Assembly (NCBI GenBank): GCA_963845065.1
Contig: CAWJQQ010000008.1
Coordinates: 416,001 to 480,000 of the forward strand
Origin: Nitrospirota bacterium
GTDB lineage: Bacteria; Nitrospirota; UBA9217
Direction: 5' to 3'
Length of the DNA stretch: 64,000 bases
Part shown: in pieces, positions 1 to 13,158 of the stretch
How the letters are laid out: the number at the start of each line of letters is the position of its first letter
Position numbering within the stretch: position 1 is the first letter of the stretch
Notes under the pieces: model-generated
Databases searched by the model: none
Told to the model about the DNA's origin: nothing
What the model saw: the letters and a program-made list of their open reading frames with translations, nothing else
Translations under genes and position numbers: made by a program

Positions 1-1
1 C

Positions 2-937
2 TCCTGGCTGGAGATCACGATCCACGAGGGAAGAAAACGCCAGGTCCGGCGCATGTTTGACCGTGTAGGCCATTCCGTGATTAAACTCAAGCGTATCAAA
101 ACGGGGAACCTGATACTTGGCGATCTGCCTGATGGTGCTTTCCGCTATCTTACGCCGGAGGAGGTCAAGGCATTAAAGGAACTTGCAGTGAAAGAAGTGA
201 CGGCCGGGACAAGAAGCCCGAAGCCTGAAATGAAATACGAGAAAACGGAAGAGAGGGCGCAACGACCGCTCAACAAGCCGGGTATTAGTATCGGCATGCG
301 GGCAAGGGGACGCGGAACACGGCCGGATGATAGGCAGGGTCAAAGTGCACATAAGGACAAGGCCCGCAGGCCAGGCCCCCGCGCATCGGCACAGCGTGTT
401 TTTACGGGCGGGGTCCCTCGGGAAAGCAGAGTTCCTTATTCGGCAACGGGAAGACCTCGGCCTGATGACAGGCGGTCCGCGTCATACGGCCAAAGCCCCA
501 GGAGCGAAAGCAAATGGAAGAGCCAGGGGCCCCGGGTCCCTGGACAGGGCGCGAGCGGGAGAGGTCCAAGACGTCCGCCAAGGGATGAGGGAAGCATGCT
601 AAGCCATACATCCGCGTTTACGAGACGTGAATCAGGGAAAAGCCCCGGAATCAGCGAAAAAGGTCATAGAAGCATGGGAACATTCCGTCCAGGGCAAGCA
701 TCAAGGAGCCATGAAGCGCCAAAAAGTTTTGCTGGCAAACCAAGAGGCAAGAAATCCATAGCTGCAAGGATCCGTGGGAAAATATTTGATAAAAGCGTAG
801 ATATGAGTCCAGGAACAGACCGGACAACAGGGTCAAACAGCAAGGACCGCAGACCCCGTCGTACATACGATCAAGGCGAAAGAGGATCATCAACTGTTCA
901 GGGCGCCAGCCGCAAGCCTTATCGTACGAGACGCTAG
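2..937 (+). CDS. rluB: Pseudouridine synthase, RluB/RsuA family (5'-truncated by the window edge), with a long Arg/Gly/Ser-rich C-terminal tail
   Basis: Frame from nt 2 reads SWLEITIHEGRKRQVRRMFDRVGHSVIKLKRIKTG, the conserved C-terminal motif of the family. Confidence 0.85.
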   Translation, partial: SWLEITIHEGRKRQVRRMFDRVGHSVIKLKRIKTGNLILGDLPDGAFRYLTPEEVKALKELAVKEVTAGTRSPKPEMKYEKTEERAQRPLNKPGISIGMRARGRGTRPDDRQGQSAHKDKARRPGPRASAQRVFTGGVPRESRVPYSATGRPRPDDRRSASYGQSPRSESKWKSQGPRVPGQGASGRGPRRPPRDEGSMLSHTSAFTRRESGKSPGISEKGHRSMGTFRPGQASRSHEAPKSFAGKPRGKKSIAARIRGKIFDKSVDMSPGTDRTTGSNSKDRRPRRTYDQGERGSSTVQGASRKPYRTRR

Positions 938-1021
938 ATACTCGGACAAAGCAAGGAAAAACAAACTAAGAAGAGATCGATGGCCAAAGGCTTTTTGTCC
1001 TCAAAGTTGAGTAAACAGCAT

Positions 1022-1312
1022 ATGGACCATCTACGTGCAATCGTAATCATCCATGGAGTAGTTCAGGGAGTTTTTTTTCGGGCATCCACACGCAGTGAGG
1101 CAATGCGGATCGGCGTCGGAGGCTGGGTCAGGAACCTGACGGACGGGACCGTTCAAGCGCTCTTCGAGGGGGAAACGAAGAAAGTAGAGGAAATCATCGG
1201 GTGGTGCCACAAAGGCCCGCCGGGAGCACGGGTAAGCAAGGTGGAAATTTTTTGGGAGCCTTACAAGGGAGAGTTCAGGCTGTTTGAAATTCGACATGGC
1301 TATGCCGACTAG
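1022..1312 (+). CDS. acyP: Acylphosphatase
   Basis: GVVQGVFFR and GWVRNLTDGTV signatures; start placed at the internal ATG. Confidence 0.93.
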   Translation: MDHLRAIVIIHGVVQGVFFRASTRSEAMRIGVGGWVRNLTDGTVQALFEGETKKVEEIIGWCHKGPPGARVSKVEIFWEPYKGEFRLFEIRHGYAD

Positions 1313-2021
1313 ATACCTTTTACCGGTCCTAGTTTTCATCTTCATTTTTAGCGCATGCAAAGCTGAAAAACCGGTACAACACAAAAAGTCTGCTCCGGCC
1401 TTGGTCATCAGGCCGAAATATGCTCTGCTAAGCGCGGAGCAGCGCAAAGAACTAGGGTTCCCGGCCGGTCTGATCGCAAAAGTCGAGCTTGCGGCCGGCG
1501 CAGAAGCTGAACCGTTTTTCATGACCGTATTCATGCAATCGGAGAACCTGAAAGGCGATAAAGGGTTTGAGAGCAAGAAGCTCGCCGGCTTCAGCGTTCA
1601 CGCTAAACGATCCATTCATGTCATCGACGCTCTCCGCGCATCTCTGCGAGCGCAAGGCTACTTGATTTTTAAAACCCACACGGGCTACGGACAATTGCCC
1701 GATGTTCTCACGGTAATTAAAGGTAACAACTCCTACGATATTCTCAAGATCCAGTCAACAGAAGGGCTGAACTACAATCTCGATACCAAGACAATCATCG
1801 CTTGGCTTAAGGAGCAGCAAAAGTTGGGGACGTTCGTGATTATTGGAGCTGGTCCTGACTGGATTGAGGCGAGGTTTATCAAACCTCCGCAGAACATGCT
1901 TTCGTTTGCAAAAAAAGTGAATGCTTTTGCACCTGATGTAATGGTGTCCGGCCCTAAAACCGTGGACAAGCTCGCCGAACGGATGAAGCGGATGAATGGG
2001 TTTAATCTCGAATGGGACTGA
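1302..2021 (+). CDS. Lipoprotein, probably DUF4253 domain
   Basis: Signal peptide with FSAC lipobox; C-terminal FAPD...WD pattern recalls DUF4253. Confidence 0.65.
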   Translation: MPTRYLLPVLVFIFIFSACKAEKPVQHKKSAPALVIRPKYALLSAEQRKELGFPAGLIAKVELAAGAEAEPFFMTVFMQSENLKGDKGFESKKLAGFSVHAKRSIHVIDALRASLRAQGYLIFKTHTGYGQLPDVLTVIKGNNSYDILKIQSTEGLNYNLDTKTIIAWLKEQQKLGTFVIIGAGPDWIEARFIKPPQNMLSFAKKVNAFAPDVMVSGPKTVDKLAERMKRMNGFNLEWD

Positions 2022-2203
2022 ACAAGGCATGATCCAGGCGTGTTAAATTCGCGAACGAATGTTAACATATGTGACTCAGTTACTTGCCTTAAGGAACGCG
2101 AACTGAACTGCGCGAGCCCTGAGCTTATTGATTTCTCCCACACGACATAATACGAATATCCTTTATCTTTGGCACAATTTATCTTTGTGATAAGGTGATT
2201 TGA

Positions 2204-2902
2204 ATGTTCATACTTGGGATAGAAACATCAACCAAGACCGGCAGTGTCGCCATAGTATCAGGCGATTGCGTCATCGGGCAGTACAGCCTGAATATCGAAC
2301 TCACGCATTCCGAACGGTTGATGGCAACCGTGGATCGGGTGCTCAAGGACACTGGCCTTGTCATCGCTGATCTGGACGGTTTTGCTGTTGCAATCGGGCC
2401 AGGATCGTTCACGGGACTTCGCATCGGCACCTCAACAGCAAAGGGGCTTGCTTTTGCAACGGGTAAGCCGGTGGCTGCAGTGCCTACACTCCAGGCATTG
2501 GCGTGGAACCTTCCCTATGCAGAGTACCCGGTATGTCCGCTGCTCGATGCCCGCAAAAATGAAGTATATGCTGCTCTCTATAACAACGATGGTTCTGTCC
2601 CTGCCCAGACGATGCCGGAAACGGTGATCTCGCTCGGCCAGCTTGCAGCTTGGGTTGTCGGCACGACGGTCTTCACCGGAGAGGGTTCACATATCTATCG
2701 TGAAGAAATAGAAAGAATATTCAACAAGCGGGCGTTGTTTGCGCCGCGCTCCGCAATTTTACCATCCGCTGCAGCCGTCGCGGAAATCGGTCTTGAGATG
2801 CTCAGAAGCGGAAAGCAGGCAGACCTCGATTTGCTGACGCCAAAATATATACGCAGGCCAGAGGCAGAGGTGGCGTGGGAAAAGAGACAGAAATCACGAT
2901 AG
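2204..2902 (+). CDS. tsaB: tRNA threonylcarbamoyladenosine biosynthesis protein TsaB
   Basis: [24 protein letters not shown] and DARKNEVY motifs. Confidence 0.96.
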   Translation: MFILGIETSTKTGSVAIVSGDCVIGQYSLNIELTHSERLMATVDRVLKDTGLVIADLDGFAVAIGPGSFTGLRIGTSTAKGLAFATGKPVAAVPTLQALAWNLPYAEYPVCPLLDARKNEVYAALYNNDGSVPAQTMPETVISLGQLAAWVVGTTVFTGEGSHIYREEIERIFNKRALFAPRSAILPSAAAVAEIGLEMLRSGKQADLDLLTPKYIRRPEAEVAWEKRQKSR

Positions 2903-3369
2903 ACTTCATGAGGAAGGAAGATATTGACCAGGTCATGGCCATCGAGCAGGAATCGTTCAGCATCCCCTGGTCAAGAAATCTGTTCCTCTCGGAATTTAGA
3001 AGCCCCGGGATCTCCACTCTCATGGTGGCGCTGTCAGACGCTTCGGTACGTACCATCATCGCGTATATCATATTTTGGCGCATTGGGGATGAGATGCATA
3101 TTCTGAATCTCGCTGTGACGCCTACTTATAGGCGTCAGAGGGTTGCCAGAAAACTCGTCCTTGCTTCAATCAAACATGCACACCAAAAGGGTGCGCGGAG
3201 AGCATTTCTGGAGGTAAGGACCTCAAACGCCGTAGCGATGAAACTTTACTCGGATCTCGGTTTTACGGGCATCGCAGTTCGTCGCGACTACTATGATGCG
3301 CCGGTAGAGGACGCGGTGATCATGGGCCTGGCGGAGAGTGCTTTTAAAAGCTTGGCAATTGGCGCATGA
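2875..3369 (+). CDS. rimI: Ribosomal protein alanine N-acetyltransferase
   Basis: FSIPWS, HILNLAV, LEVRTSN, RRDYY..PVEDA; lies downstream of tsaB. Confidence 0.93.
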   Translation: MGKETEITIDFMRKEDIDQVMAIEQESFSIPWSRNLFLSEFRSPGISTLMVALSDASVRTIIAYIIFWRIGDEMHILNLAVTPTYRRQRVARKLVLASIKHAHQKGARRAFLEVRTSNAVAMKLYSDLGFTGIAVRRDYYDAPVEDAVIMGLAESAFKSLAIGA

Positions 3370-3521
3370 TAGTCAGTAAATGCATGTTTTTACATATTTT
3401 TTATGCACTTGCATTTTCCAATGAAATGTGATAATTTTTCATAGTTACAAACATGTTACAGTCTTGCGGCTTTTTTCCTACGCATTCTCCTAGAACTAAC
3501 CCCTAAAAGGAGGGAAGCACT

Positions 3522-3752
3522 ATGATGAATCTGGAGGTAAGCGAAGAAGCTCTTGTAGCAAAACTCAGGATTGAGGATCCAGAGTTCCAGAAATGGGAAG
3601 CTGAGCATCACAAACTGGACTCTACTCTGAAGAGTATTGACACGCACGTGTATCTCACTCCTGAGGAAGAAGTGGAGCGGAAGAGAATCCAGAAGCTTAA
3701 GCTCGCAGCAAAAGACAAAATGATGGATATGGTCAGGCATTGCAAGGTTTGA
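3522..3752 (+). CDS. DUF465/YdcH-family small coiled-coil protein
   Basis: EHHKLD...KKLKLAAKD-type pattern; AGGAGG Shine-Dalgarno upstream. Confidence 0.8.
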   Translation: MMNLEVSEEALVAKLRIEDPEFQKWEAEHHKLDSTLKSIDTHVYLTPEEEVERKRIQKLKLAAKDKMMDMVRHCKV

Positions 3753-3822
3753 AGAGCCTGATGGAAAAAGGGCAGGGTAAATAAACCTCGCCTTAGCTGT
3801 TTTAAAACCGAAAACAAGACCG

Positions 3823-3863
3823 AAAATCCCTCTTTACCGAGTGAAGGTGAGAGGGATTTTTTT
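3823..3863 (+). terminator. Rho-independent terminator
   Basis: AAAATCCCTCT / AGAGGGATTTT inverted repeat followed by a T run. Confidence 0.8.
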
Positions 3864-4044
3864 ATTGACTAAAATGACCTATCTATGTTAAAAATAATGA
3901 TAATTGGCCTGCAAAAGTCCAAGAGCTGCGTATGCAGCATCCTTTCTTAGTGCGGCGTACCATATGCGTACGCCACATTTGTCTTGAGAGATAATCGCGC
4001 GTAGGGCACAGAACCCGTGCAGAAACAAAGTGAGGAGCTAAAAA

Positions 4045-5697
4045 TTGAGAAGCGACAGAATCAAGAAAGGCATGGAGCGCGCGCCGCACAGGGCTCTTTT
4101 ATTCGCTACGGGTATCACGCGGAGCGAACTTGACAAACCCATGATCGGCATCGCCACGAGTTTCACGGACTTGATCCCGGGCCATATCGGCATGCGCGAT
4201 CTAGAGCGGTTTATTGAGAAGGGAGTTCACGCAGGCGGCGGCTGGCCGCTTTTCTTCGGGCTTCCCGGCATCTGCGATGGTATTGCCATGGGGCATAGCG
4301 GCATGCACTACTCCCTGCCCTCCCGCGAGTTGATCGCCGATATGGTGGAATCCATTTCCTTGGCCCACGCCTTCGACGGCCTCGTGCTGCTGACGAATTG
4401 TGACAAAATCACTCCGGGCATGCTCATGGCAGCAGCGCGGACCGACATCCCGACCATTGTCGTGACCGCAGGTCCCATGCATTCCGGCAACTACCGTGGC
4501 AACCGGGTCAATCTTATCAGCGCCTTTGAGGCTGTCGGCAAGGTGAGGAAAGGCGAGATGTCCGAAACGGACCTCGCTGAGCTTGAGGTCTGTGCATGCC
4601 CCGGACCCGGTTCTTGCCAAGGCATGTACACGGCGAACACCATGGCCTGCGTAACCGAGTCGCTCGGCATGAGCATGCCGGGATGTGCTACGGCACTGGC
4701 TGTTTCGGGTGAAAAGCGGCGGATCGCCTTCGAGAGCGGAAAGCGCATCACTGGCATGGTGAAGGAAAATCTCACGCCTCGGAAGATTATGACAAGGAAC
4801 GCCTTTGAGAACGCGATCCGGATCGACATGGCGCTCGGCGGCTCGACGAATACCACTCTTCATATCCCGGCAATCGCGCACGATGCCGGCATTAGCATCC
4901 CTATCGAGTACTTTGACAGGATCAGCCGCACGACACCTCACCTGTGCAACATGCTGCCCGGCGGTCCTACCTATATGGAGGACCTGGACGCTGCAGGCGG
5001 TATACCGGGTTTATTGTCCCGCTTCACCAATGTGCTCAAGCCTTCACCCACAGTTAGCGGCAGATCGATCATCGACAATGCAAAGGCAGGGCGCGTCGGG
5101 AACGATGATGTCATCCGGACTTTGAAAAACGCCTACCACAAAGAGGGCGGGATCGCGGTGCTCTCCGGCAATCTTGCTCCGCTCGGCTGTGTCGTGAAGC
5201 AGACGGCGGTGAGCGAGGAGATGAAAAAGTTCGAGGGGACGGCCATCGTGTTCGATTCTGAAGAAGAGTCGATGAAGGCCATCCTCGCGAACAGGATCAA
5301 ACGGGGACACGTGATCGTGATCCGTTATGAAGGGCCAAAGGGAGGGCCGGGCATGCGTGAAATGCTTTCTCCCACATCAGCCATCTCCGGCATGGGGCTT
5401 GGAGAGTCGGTCGTACTGCTCACAGACGGCCGGTTCTCGGGTGGAACGCGGGGACCCTGCATCGGCCATATTTCACCGGAGGCGGCCGAGGGCGGACCGA
5501 TTGCAATCGTGCGAAACGGCGACAAGATCATCCTTGACATCCCGAACCGCAAGCTAGAACTCAAACTTTCCAACGCCGAGATCAAGAAGCGGCTCGCGAA
5601 GTGGAAGCCACGGGATCCGAAGATCACGCACGGATGGCTTGCAAGGTACGCAAAGGTTGTGACTTCGGCAAACACCGGGGCTATCGTAAAAGCGTAA
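4045..5697 (+). CDS. ilvD: Dihydroxy-acid dehydratase
   Basis: [39 protein letters not shown]. Confidence 0.98.
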   Translation: MRSDRIKKGMERAPHRALLFATGITRSELDKPMIGIATSFTDLIPGHIGMRDLERFIEKGVHAGGGWPLFFGLPGICDGIAMGHSGMHYSLPSRELIADMVESISLAHAFDGLVLLTNCDKITPGMLMAAARTDIPTIVVTAGPMHSGNYRGNRVNLISAFEAVGKVRKGEMSETDLAELEVCACPGPGSCQGMYTANTMACVTESLGMSMPGCATALAVSGEKRRIAFESGKRITGMVKENLTPRKIMTRNAFENAIRIDMALGGSTNTTLHIPAIAHDAGISIPIEYFDRISRTTPHLCNMLPGGPTYMEDLDAAGGIPGLLSRFTNVLKPSPTVSGRSIIDNAKAGRVGNDDVIRTLKNAYHKEGGIAVLSGNLAPLGCVVKQTAVSEEMKKFEGTAIVFDSEEESMKAILANRIKRGHVIVIRYEGPKGGPGMREMLSPTSAISGMGLGESVVLLTDGRFSGGTRGPCIGHISPEAAEGGPIAIVRNGDKIILDIPNRKLELKLSNAEIKKRLAKWKPRDPKITHGWLARYAKVVTSANTGAIVKA

Positions 5698-5807
5698 AGT
5701 CAGGAGGTTGGAGAGATCATAAGTTTAAGCGGGCGGAATAAACAAAAATCGAATGTCTGCCTCCCAACCTCTCATCTATTTACTTTCTGTCATTTAAAGG
5801 GTGAACC

Positions 5808-7547
5808 ATGGAAAATAAAGAGATAACCGGTGCTGAAATCCTTCTTGAATGTCTGAAGAAGGAAAAAATCGATACGCTCTTCTGCTATCCTGGCGGCGTG
5901 GTGCTCAAGATATTTGATGTGCTCTACGAGCAAAAGGATGTTCGCGTGATTCTGCCACGACACGAGCAGGGCGGTGTCCACATGGCCGACGGCTATGCGC
6001 GTTCCACCGGCAAAGTCGGCGTGGCCCTTGTTACATCCGGTCCCGGCGCCACCAATGTGGTCACGGCCCTTACCACAGCCTATATGGATTCCATCCCGCT
6101 CGTGGTTTTTACGGGCCAGGTGCCGACCGCTCTCATCGGCAACGACGCGTTCCAGGAAGCTGACATCGTGGGCATTACCCGCCCCTGCACGAAGTATAAC
6201 ATTCTCGTGAAGGATGTGAAGGAGCTTGCCCAGAACATTAAAGAGGCTTTTTACATTGCTTCTACCGGCCGGCCCGGCCCTGTACTCGTTGACCTTCCGC
6301 GGGATGTTGTGACGAACAAGGCCGAGTTCCACTATCCCGACAAGGTCGAAATCAGGAGCTATAACCCCACGGTTTACGGTAACAAGTGGCAGATCAAGCA
6401 GGCGGCCGAGGCGATTGCCAAGGCGAAGAAACCCGTAGCCTATATCGGTGGCGGCGTCATTCTCTCTAATGCCGCTTCGGAAGTCCTCGAGTTTGCCGAG
6501 ATCACAAAAATTCCAGTGACCCACACCCTGATGGGCATCGGGGGTTTCCCCGGCACCCATCCGCTGTCGCTCGGGATGCTCGGCATGCACGGTACGTATT
6601 ATGCAAATATGTCAATTCACAACTCCGACCTCATTGTCGCCATCGGAGCACGGTTTGACGATCGGGTGACGGGTAAAGTGGAAGGATTTGCGCCCGAGGC
6701 CAAGATCATCCATATCGACGTTGACCCGACATCAATCAGAAAAAACGTGCGTGTAGATATCCCGATCGTGGGCGACGTGAAGCATGTGATGGTGGAGCTC
6801 AACAAGGAACTCCATCACATTAAAGAGCCCTGGGAGGCGATCCGGAAGAGCTGGCTCAAACAGATCGACGCCTGGCGCGAAGAGCATCCGCTTACGTACG
6901 AATATCTGGATGATGTCATCAAGCCGCAGTTCGTAGTCCAGAAACTCTATGAGATCACCGCTGGCGATGCGATCGTCGTGACAGATGTGGGCCAGCACCA
7001 GATGTGGGCCGCGCAGTATTACAAGTTCGACAAGCCCCGGAACTGGTGCACCTCAGGCGGCCTCGGGACGATGGGGTATGGGTTCCCGGCTGCGATCGGC
7101 GCCAAGGTTGCCCATCCTGACCGGGAGGTATTCAGCATCTCGGGCGACGGAAGCATCCAGATGAACATCCAGGAGCTTGCAACATCGGTGGAAAACAATA
7201 TACCGGTGAAAGTAGTGATCCTGAACAACCGCTACCTGGGCATGGTGAGGCAGTGGCAGGAGCTGTTCTACGCCGAGCGCTACTCATCGGTTGACCTCGG
7301 CAGCACGCCGGATTTCGTTAAGCTTGCCGAGGCATATGGTGCGATCGGCTTGAGGGCGGTCAAGCCCACGGAGGTAGAACCGGTCCTCAAAGAGGCGCTC
7401 AAGGCCAAGAAGACGGTGTTCATGGATTTTGTGACTGCCCGGTACGAGAAAGTCTACCCCATGGTGCCGGCAGGCGCATCCATTCACGAGATGATTTTCG
7501 GAGAGGAAAAGAAAAAGGAAGAGAAAAAACTCAAAGTCGTGAAATAA
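5808..7547 (+). CDS. ilvB: Acetolactate synthase large subunit
   Basis: [23 protein letters not shown] and the GDGS...NN TPP-binding motif. Confidence 0.98.
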   Translation: MENKEITGAEILLECLKKEKIDTLFCYPGGVVLKIFDVLYEQKDVRVILPRHEQGGVHMADGYARSTGKVGVALVTSGPGATNVVTALTTAYMDSIPLVVFTGQVPTALIGNDAFQEADIVGITRPCTKYNILVKDVKELAQNIKEAFYIASTGRPGPVLVDLPRDVVTNKAEFHYPDKVEIRSYNPTVYGNKWQIKQAAEAIAKAKKPVAYIGGGVILSNAASEVLEFAEITKIPVTHTLMGIGGFPGTHPLSLGMLGMHGTYYANMSIHNSDLIVAIGARFDDRVTGKVEGFAPEAKIIHIDVDPTSIRKNVRVDIPIVGDVKHVMVELNKELHHIKEPWEAIRKSWLKQIDAWREEHPLTYEYLDDVIKPQFVVQKLYEITAGDAIVVTDVGQHQMWAAQYYKFDKPRNWCTSGGLGTMGYGFPAAIGAKVAHPDREVFSISGDGSIQMNIQELATSVENNIPVKVVILNNRYLGMVRQWQELFYAERYSSVDLGSTPDFVKLAEAYGAIGLRAVKPTEVEPVLKEALKAKKTVFMDFVTARYEKVYPMVPAGASIHEMIFGEEKKKEEKKLKVVK

Positions 7548-7648
7548 ACATCACAAGAAGTTGCAACTGCACAGAGCACGATAAAAACAAGAAGCAGCTA
7601 TTTTTTAAATAGCTGTATTAAGGCAGGGTTAACAATAAGGATGAACTC

Positions 7649-8122
7649 ATGAAACACATCATTTCCATACAGGTTGAAAATAAATTCGGTGTGTTATCGC
7701 GCGTATCAGGGCTGTTCAGCGGCAGGGGTTTCAACATCGAGACCATTTCCGTCGGCCCCACGCTCGATCCCACGATTTCTCAGATGACGATCGTGACCAC
7801 GGGCGACGATCGCATTCTTGAGCAGATCCTCAAACAGCTTAACAAACTGATCGATGTCATCAAGGTGACAGACCTGGCGGAGAAAGAATTCGTCGAGCGT
7901 GAAATGTGCCTCATTAAAGTCAACGCACCGGCGGAGCACCGGGCCGAGGCTCTCAGGATCGCCGATATCTTCCGCGCACGAGTCGTCGATTCCTCGCAGA
8001 GGAGCTATACGTTCCAGGTTACAGGCGACGAGAAAAAAATAATGGCTATAATCGAGCTGCTTCGCCCTATCGGAATCAAGGAAATTGTTCGTACCGGCAA
8101 AGTAGCGATGACCAGAGAATGA
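7649..8122 (+). CDS. ilvN: Acetolactate synthase small subunit
   Basis: [25 protein letters not shown] domain. Confidence 0.97.
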   Translation: MKHIISIQVENKFGVLSRVSGLFSGRGFNIETISVGPTLDPTISQMTIVTTGDDRILEQILKQLNKLIDVIKVTDLAEKEFVEREMCLIKVNAPAEHRAEALRIADIFRARVVDSSQRSYTFQVTGDEKKIMAIIELLRPIGIKEIVRTGKVAMTRE

Positions 8123-8799
8123 TTGCGATCGGAGGAATACAAGTGACGGATTGGACCGGAAAGACGCGTTTTGCGGTTGGATGGGTGATCTCGTCGATCA
8201 TCGCGATTGTTCTTTTCTCCGGGTGCGCAGAGAAGGGGCCCATTCTTCTCAACGTCGCATATCAGCCTTCGGAAGGCAAGACCGTCACGTCAAAGAAGAT
8301 TGTTGTCGGCCTAAGCCCGTTCAAGGACAACCGCGGGACAGCCGCATCGGTCCTCGGCACGAGAACGGTTCCGAGCGGCATGCAGAATGATTTCGTCGTT
8401 GAGGGAACGGTTGCTGATCTGGTTACAACCGCGCTCAAAGCCGCGCTCAAAGAACATGGCCTGGACGTAAAAGAAGTTCCACCGTGGGACCTCACTGCAG
8501 AGGGGATAAAGGGCGAAGATGCTGAATTGCTGTTCGGCGGTGAGATCAAGACAATGCAGCTGGAGTCAAAAGCCACATCGTTTAAAACGAGCCTGGCTGC
8601 TTCCGTCCAGATCAGGGTCGTTGTCGGGGACATTGCCGCGAAGAAAATTATCAGGACGCTCGATGTGAACAGCAAAATCGAACAGGAAATCCTCTATTCG
8701 CGTGATAAGATGGAGAGCGCACTTTCCGAAGCTCTGACATCGGCGCTAGACCAGATTTTTCAGGATGACGTGTTGAGCAAGCGGCTCCAGCCACGATAG
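8119..8799 (+). CDS. Uncharacterised lipoprotein (YajG-like)
   Basis: Hydrophobic signal with LFSGC lipobox; exact start uncertain. Confidence 0.65.
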   Translation: MIAIGGIQVTDWTGKTRFAVGWVISSIIAIVLFSGCAEKGPILLNVAYQPSEGKTVTSKKIVVGLSPFKDNRGTAASVLGTRTVPSGMQNDFVVEGTVADLVTTALKAALKEHGLDVKEVPPWDLTAEGIKGEDAELLFGGEIKTMQLESKATSFKTSLAASVQIRVVVGDIAAKKIIRTLDVNSKIEQEILYSRDKMESALSEALTSALDQIFQDDVLSKRLQPR

Positions 8800-8803
8800 C
8801 TGA

Positions 8804-9982
<1,179 letters not shown>

Positions 9983-10077
9983 AAATAACTGCCACTATGG
10001 CATGAAGGCACTAGAGAAATGTTTCAAAAAAATTGTCACTTTTTTTCATGCCTTAGTGTATTTGTGGTGAAAAACTC

Positions 10078-10722
10078 ATGATGAAAAACTACGGCATACC
10101 GGTCGCCTCCGAAGGTTGGCCGTTCATTATCCCTTTGGCAATCGTCACCGCGCTCCTGATCGCGTTCGGCTGGAAGAATGCCGGCGTCGTCATGCTTGCG
10201 CTTACGCTGTTTGTTCTGTTCTTTTTCCGTGATCCCGAGCGTCTGGTACCCGGTGGTAAGGGTATCGTGGTTTCACCAGCAGACGGTAAAGTGATCGTCA
10301 TCAAGGACATTTACGAGCCGACGTATTTAAAACAGGATGTGAAGCAAATCAGCATCTTTTTGTCGGTTTTCAATGTACATGTGAACCGTGCGCCCATCGA
10401 GGGCACGGTAGAACTCGTGAAATATAATCCCGGCAAATTCCATGTTGCCTCGGTCGACAAAGCATCGCTCGACAACGAGCAGACCGCGATGGTCATTGCG
10501 AACGGGAAAGACAAGGTCCTCGTAAAACAAATTGCCGGGCTCATTGCGCGGCGCATAGTCTGTTACGCCAAAGTTGGGGACGTTATCAAGAGAGGCGAAC
10601 GCTATGGCCTGATCCGCTTCGGTTCAAGAACAGACATTTTCCTCCCGAAGGACGCAGAGATCACGGTAAAGCTCGGTGACCGCGTCAAGGGAGCGCGGGA
10701 CATCATCGGGGTGCTGAAATGA
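10078..10722 (+). CDS. psd: Phosphatidylserine decarboxylase proenzyme
   Basis: FFRDPER, SPADG, HVNRAP and the FGS autocleavage motif. Confidence 0.96.
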   Translation: MMKNYGIPVASEGWPFIIPLAIVTALLIAFGWKNAGVVMLALTLFVLFFFRDPERLVPGGKGIVVSPADGKVIVIKDIYEPTYLKQDVKQISIFLSVFNVHVNRAPIEGTVELVKYNPGKFHVASVDKASLDNEQTAMVIANGKDKVLVKQIAGLIARRIVCYAKVGDVIKRGERYGLIRFGSRTDIFLPKDAEITVKLGDRVKGARDIIGVLK

Positions 10723-11468
10723 AAAAAGGGATCTACATCCTCCCAAACCTCATAACACTTTCAAGCATGTTTGCCGGGTTCTATTCCATTATTGCCTCGC
10801 TGAACTCGGATTATGAGACGGCTGCCTGGTCTATTATGATCGCTTCCGTCTTTGACGCGCTGGATGGCTGGGTTGCGAGGTTGACGCACACATCAACACG
10901 TTTCGGCATCGAAATCGACTCGCTCGCGGACGTAATTTCCTTCGGAGTTGCCCCCGGCGTCCTCGTCTATACCTGGACCTTGTCATCATTTGGCCGTGTC
11001 GGGTGGCTTGGTTCATTTTTTCTGGTCGCCTGCGCAGCCTTGCGTCTCGCCCGGTTCAATGTGCAGATGGGCAGTGCGGAGAAAAAGCATTTTACCGGCC
11101 TTCCCTCGCCTGCCGCAGCGCTCGTGATCGCGACGACAGTGGTCGCCTACGATGCAATAATCGATATCCTCGAGCATCTGAAGCTCAGGTGGCTTGCCGA
11201 TGCTGTGGGGAAGGACTACTGGGTGCTTGCGATGACGTTCCTGGTAGCAGGCCTGATGGTAAGCAATATTACCTACCACAGCATCAAGGAGGCAAACCTG
11301 AAGGAACGCCGGCCTTTCGGCCTCTTGGTCGTAATTGTGGCGTTTCTGGCTGTCGTGGCATATCACCCCGCGCTCGTCCTGTTCCTGGCCACGATTGCCT
11401 ACGTAGCGACTGGCATTGCTGAAGCTCTTTACAAGCTGCTCCGGAGGGCAAAGCCGACAGCCGCTTAG
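10719..11468 (+). CDS. pssA: CDP-diacylglycerol-serine O-phosphatidyltransferase
   Basis: DALDGWVAR...FGIEIDSLAD CDP-alcohol phosphotransferase motif. Confidence 0.96.
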   Translation: MKKGIYILPNLITLSSMFAGFYSIIASLNSDYETAAWSIMIASVFDALDGWVARLTHTSTRFGIEIDSLADVISFGVAPGVLVYTWTLSSFGRVGWLGSFFLVACAALRLARFNVQMGSAEKKHFTGLPSPAAALVIATTVVAYDAIIDILEHLKLRWLADAVGKDYWVLAMTFLVAGLMVSNITYHSIKEANLKERRPFGLLVVIVAFLAVVAYHPALVLFLATIAYVATGIAEALYKLLRRAKPTAA

Positions 11469-11506
11469 ACTTTCAGTTTGAGCTTCGAGAATGACGGTCT
11501 ACATGC

Positions 11507-11538
11507 AAGAGGGGAGAGCGGTTGTCCGCCTCTTTTTT
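11507..11538 (+). terminator. Putative terminator between pssA and leuA
   Basis: AAGAGG / CCTCTT stem with an imperfect inner stem, followed by a T run. Confidence 0.5.
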
Positions 11539-11591
11539 CTTTACGTAACCTGAACCCGGTGTGCTGACACGGATCTGACAGCGAGGAACCT

Positions 11592-13124
11592 ATGAATGCC
11601 ATCATAAAAATATTCGATACCACGCTCCGCGACGGGGAGCAGTCCCCGGGCGCGAGCATGAATGCGGCGGAAAAACTAGAGATTGCGAGACAGCTGGTGC
11701 GTCTGGGAGTCGATGTGATCGAGGCCGGATTTCCCATATCTAGCCCTGGCGATTTCGAGAGTGTTCGGAAGATCGGCGAAGAGGTGGGGAATGCTGTAAT
11801 CGTCTGCGGCCTCTCCCGGGCTATAGCGAAAGACATTGAGGTTGCCGCAGATGCGCTGAAAACGGCAAAACGCCCCCGCATCCATACCGGGATCGGTGTG
11901 TCCGAGAGCCACCTTCGGTACAAGCTGCGCATCAGCCGCGATGAAGCACTGGAACGAGCAACTGCCGCTGTCAAGCACGCGCGCACCTTTGTCGAGGACG
12001 TTGAATTTTACGCCGAGGACGCAGGCAGGGCCGAGCCTGCATTTCTCTACCGAATGGTGGAGACGGTGGTCAGGGCAGGAGCTACCGTGGTCAATATCCC
12101 CGATACGACGGGCTATACATATCCGGAGGAGTTCGGCTTGCTCATCAAGGGCATCAGGGAGCATGTGCCCGGTACCGAGAAGATAACCCTGTCCGTGCAC
12201 TGCCACAATGACCTCGGGATGGCTACCGCGAACGCATTGGCCGGCATAAAAAATGGTGCAGGCCAGGTTGAATGCACTATCAACGGCATCGGTGAACGCG
12301 CCGGCAACACCGCGATGGAAGAAGTCGTAATGGCTCTGCGCCAGCGTTCCGCATATTTCAGCGCCGATACGAACATCAATGCTAGAGAAATCATCCGCGC
12401 ATCGCGGCTGGTGTCCTCCATTACCGGCATTGTCATCCAGCCCAACAAAGCCATCGTCGGTGCAAATGCCTTTGCCCACTCGTCGGGGATCCACCAGGAT
12501 GGCGTTCTCAAGGAGCGCTCTACCTATGAAATTATCGACCCGGCGGAAGTAGGCGCGGGTGGCTCCTCGATCGTTCTGACGGCCCGCTCCGGCCGGCACG
12601 CGTTGCGTCATCGGATTGCCGAGCTCGGAAATGAGCTTCCTGACCTAGAGTTTGAGAAAGTCTATGAGGCCTTCCTGAGCCTGGCGGACAAAAAGAAGGA
12701 AGTTTATGATGAAGACATCGAGGCCCTCATTTCCGATAAGGTAAAGCATATTGCCGAGGTGTACGTGCTGAAAAGCCTCCATGCCGAAAGCGGAACGGGT
12801 GTGACGCCGACGGCAACCGTGGAGATGGAAGTAAACGGCAAAACGGTGAAACAGACCGGTCAAGGTGACGGCCCCGTGGATGCCGTGTACCGTACTATTG
12901 TGGCTATGACAGGCACTAAAAGCAAGCTTGATGCCTATCTGGTCAAAGGTATTACTGGCGGCACGGACGCACTGGGCGAGGTGACTGTCAAGGTGGAAGA
13001 GGGTGGTAAGAAAGTCGCAGGCCACGGCGCGGACACTGACATCATCGTGGCCAGCGCAAGAGCGTACGTCAATGCATTGAACAAGCTGGAGTTCTGGAAG
13101 AAGGGCAAGCCAAAAAACAGTTGA
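11592..13124 (+). CDS. leuA: 2-isopropylmalate synthase
   Basis: [24 protein letters not shown] and a C-terminal regulatory domain. Confidence 0.97.
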   Translation: MNAIIKIFDTTLRDGEQSPGASMNAAEKLEIARQLVRLGVDVIEAGFPISSPGDFESVRKIGEEVGNAVIVCGLSRAIAKDIEVAADALKTAKRPRIHTGIGVSESHLRYKLRISRDEALERATAAVKHARTFVEDVEFYAEDAGRAEPAFLYRMVETVVRAGATVVNIPDTTGYTYPEEFGLLIKGIREHVPGTEKITLSVHCHNDLGMATANALAGIKNGAGQVECTINGIGERAGNTAMEEVVMALRQRSAYFSADTNINAREIIRASRLVSSITGIVIQPNKAIVGANAFAHSSGIHQDGVLKERSTYEIIDPAEVGAGGSSIVLTARSGRHALRHRIAELGNELPDLEFEKVYEAFLSLADKKKEVYDEDIEALISDKVKHIAEVYVLKSLHAESGTGVTPTATVEMEVNGKTVKQTGQGDGPVDAVYRTIVAMTGTKSKLDAYLVKGITGGTDALGEVTVKVEEGGKKVAGHGADTDIIVASARAYVNALNKLEFWKKGKPKNS

Positions 13125-13158
13125 ATCCGCTGAAGGGATATTGTATATTTTCTATACT

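Noticed and set aside
11469..11591. Leucine attenuator or T-box upstream of leuA
   Set aside because: A terminator-like hairpin is present, but I found no Leu-rich leader peptide or T-box motif.
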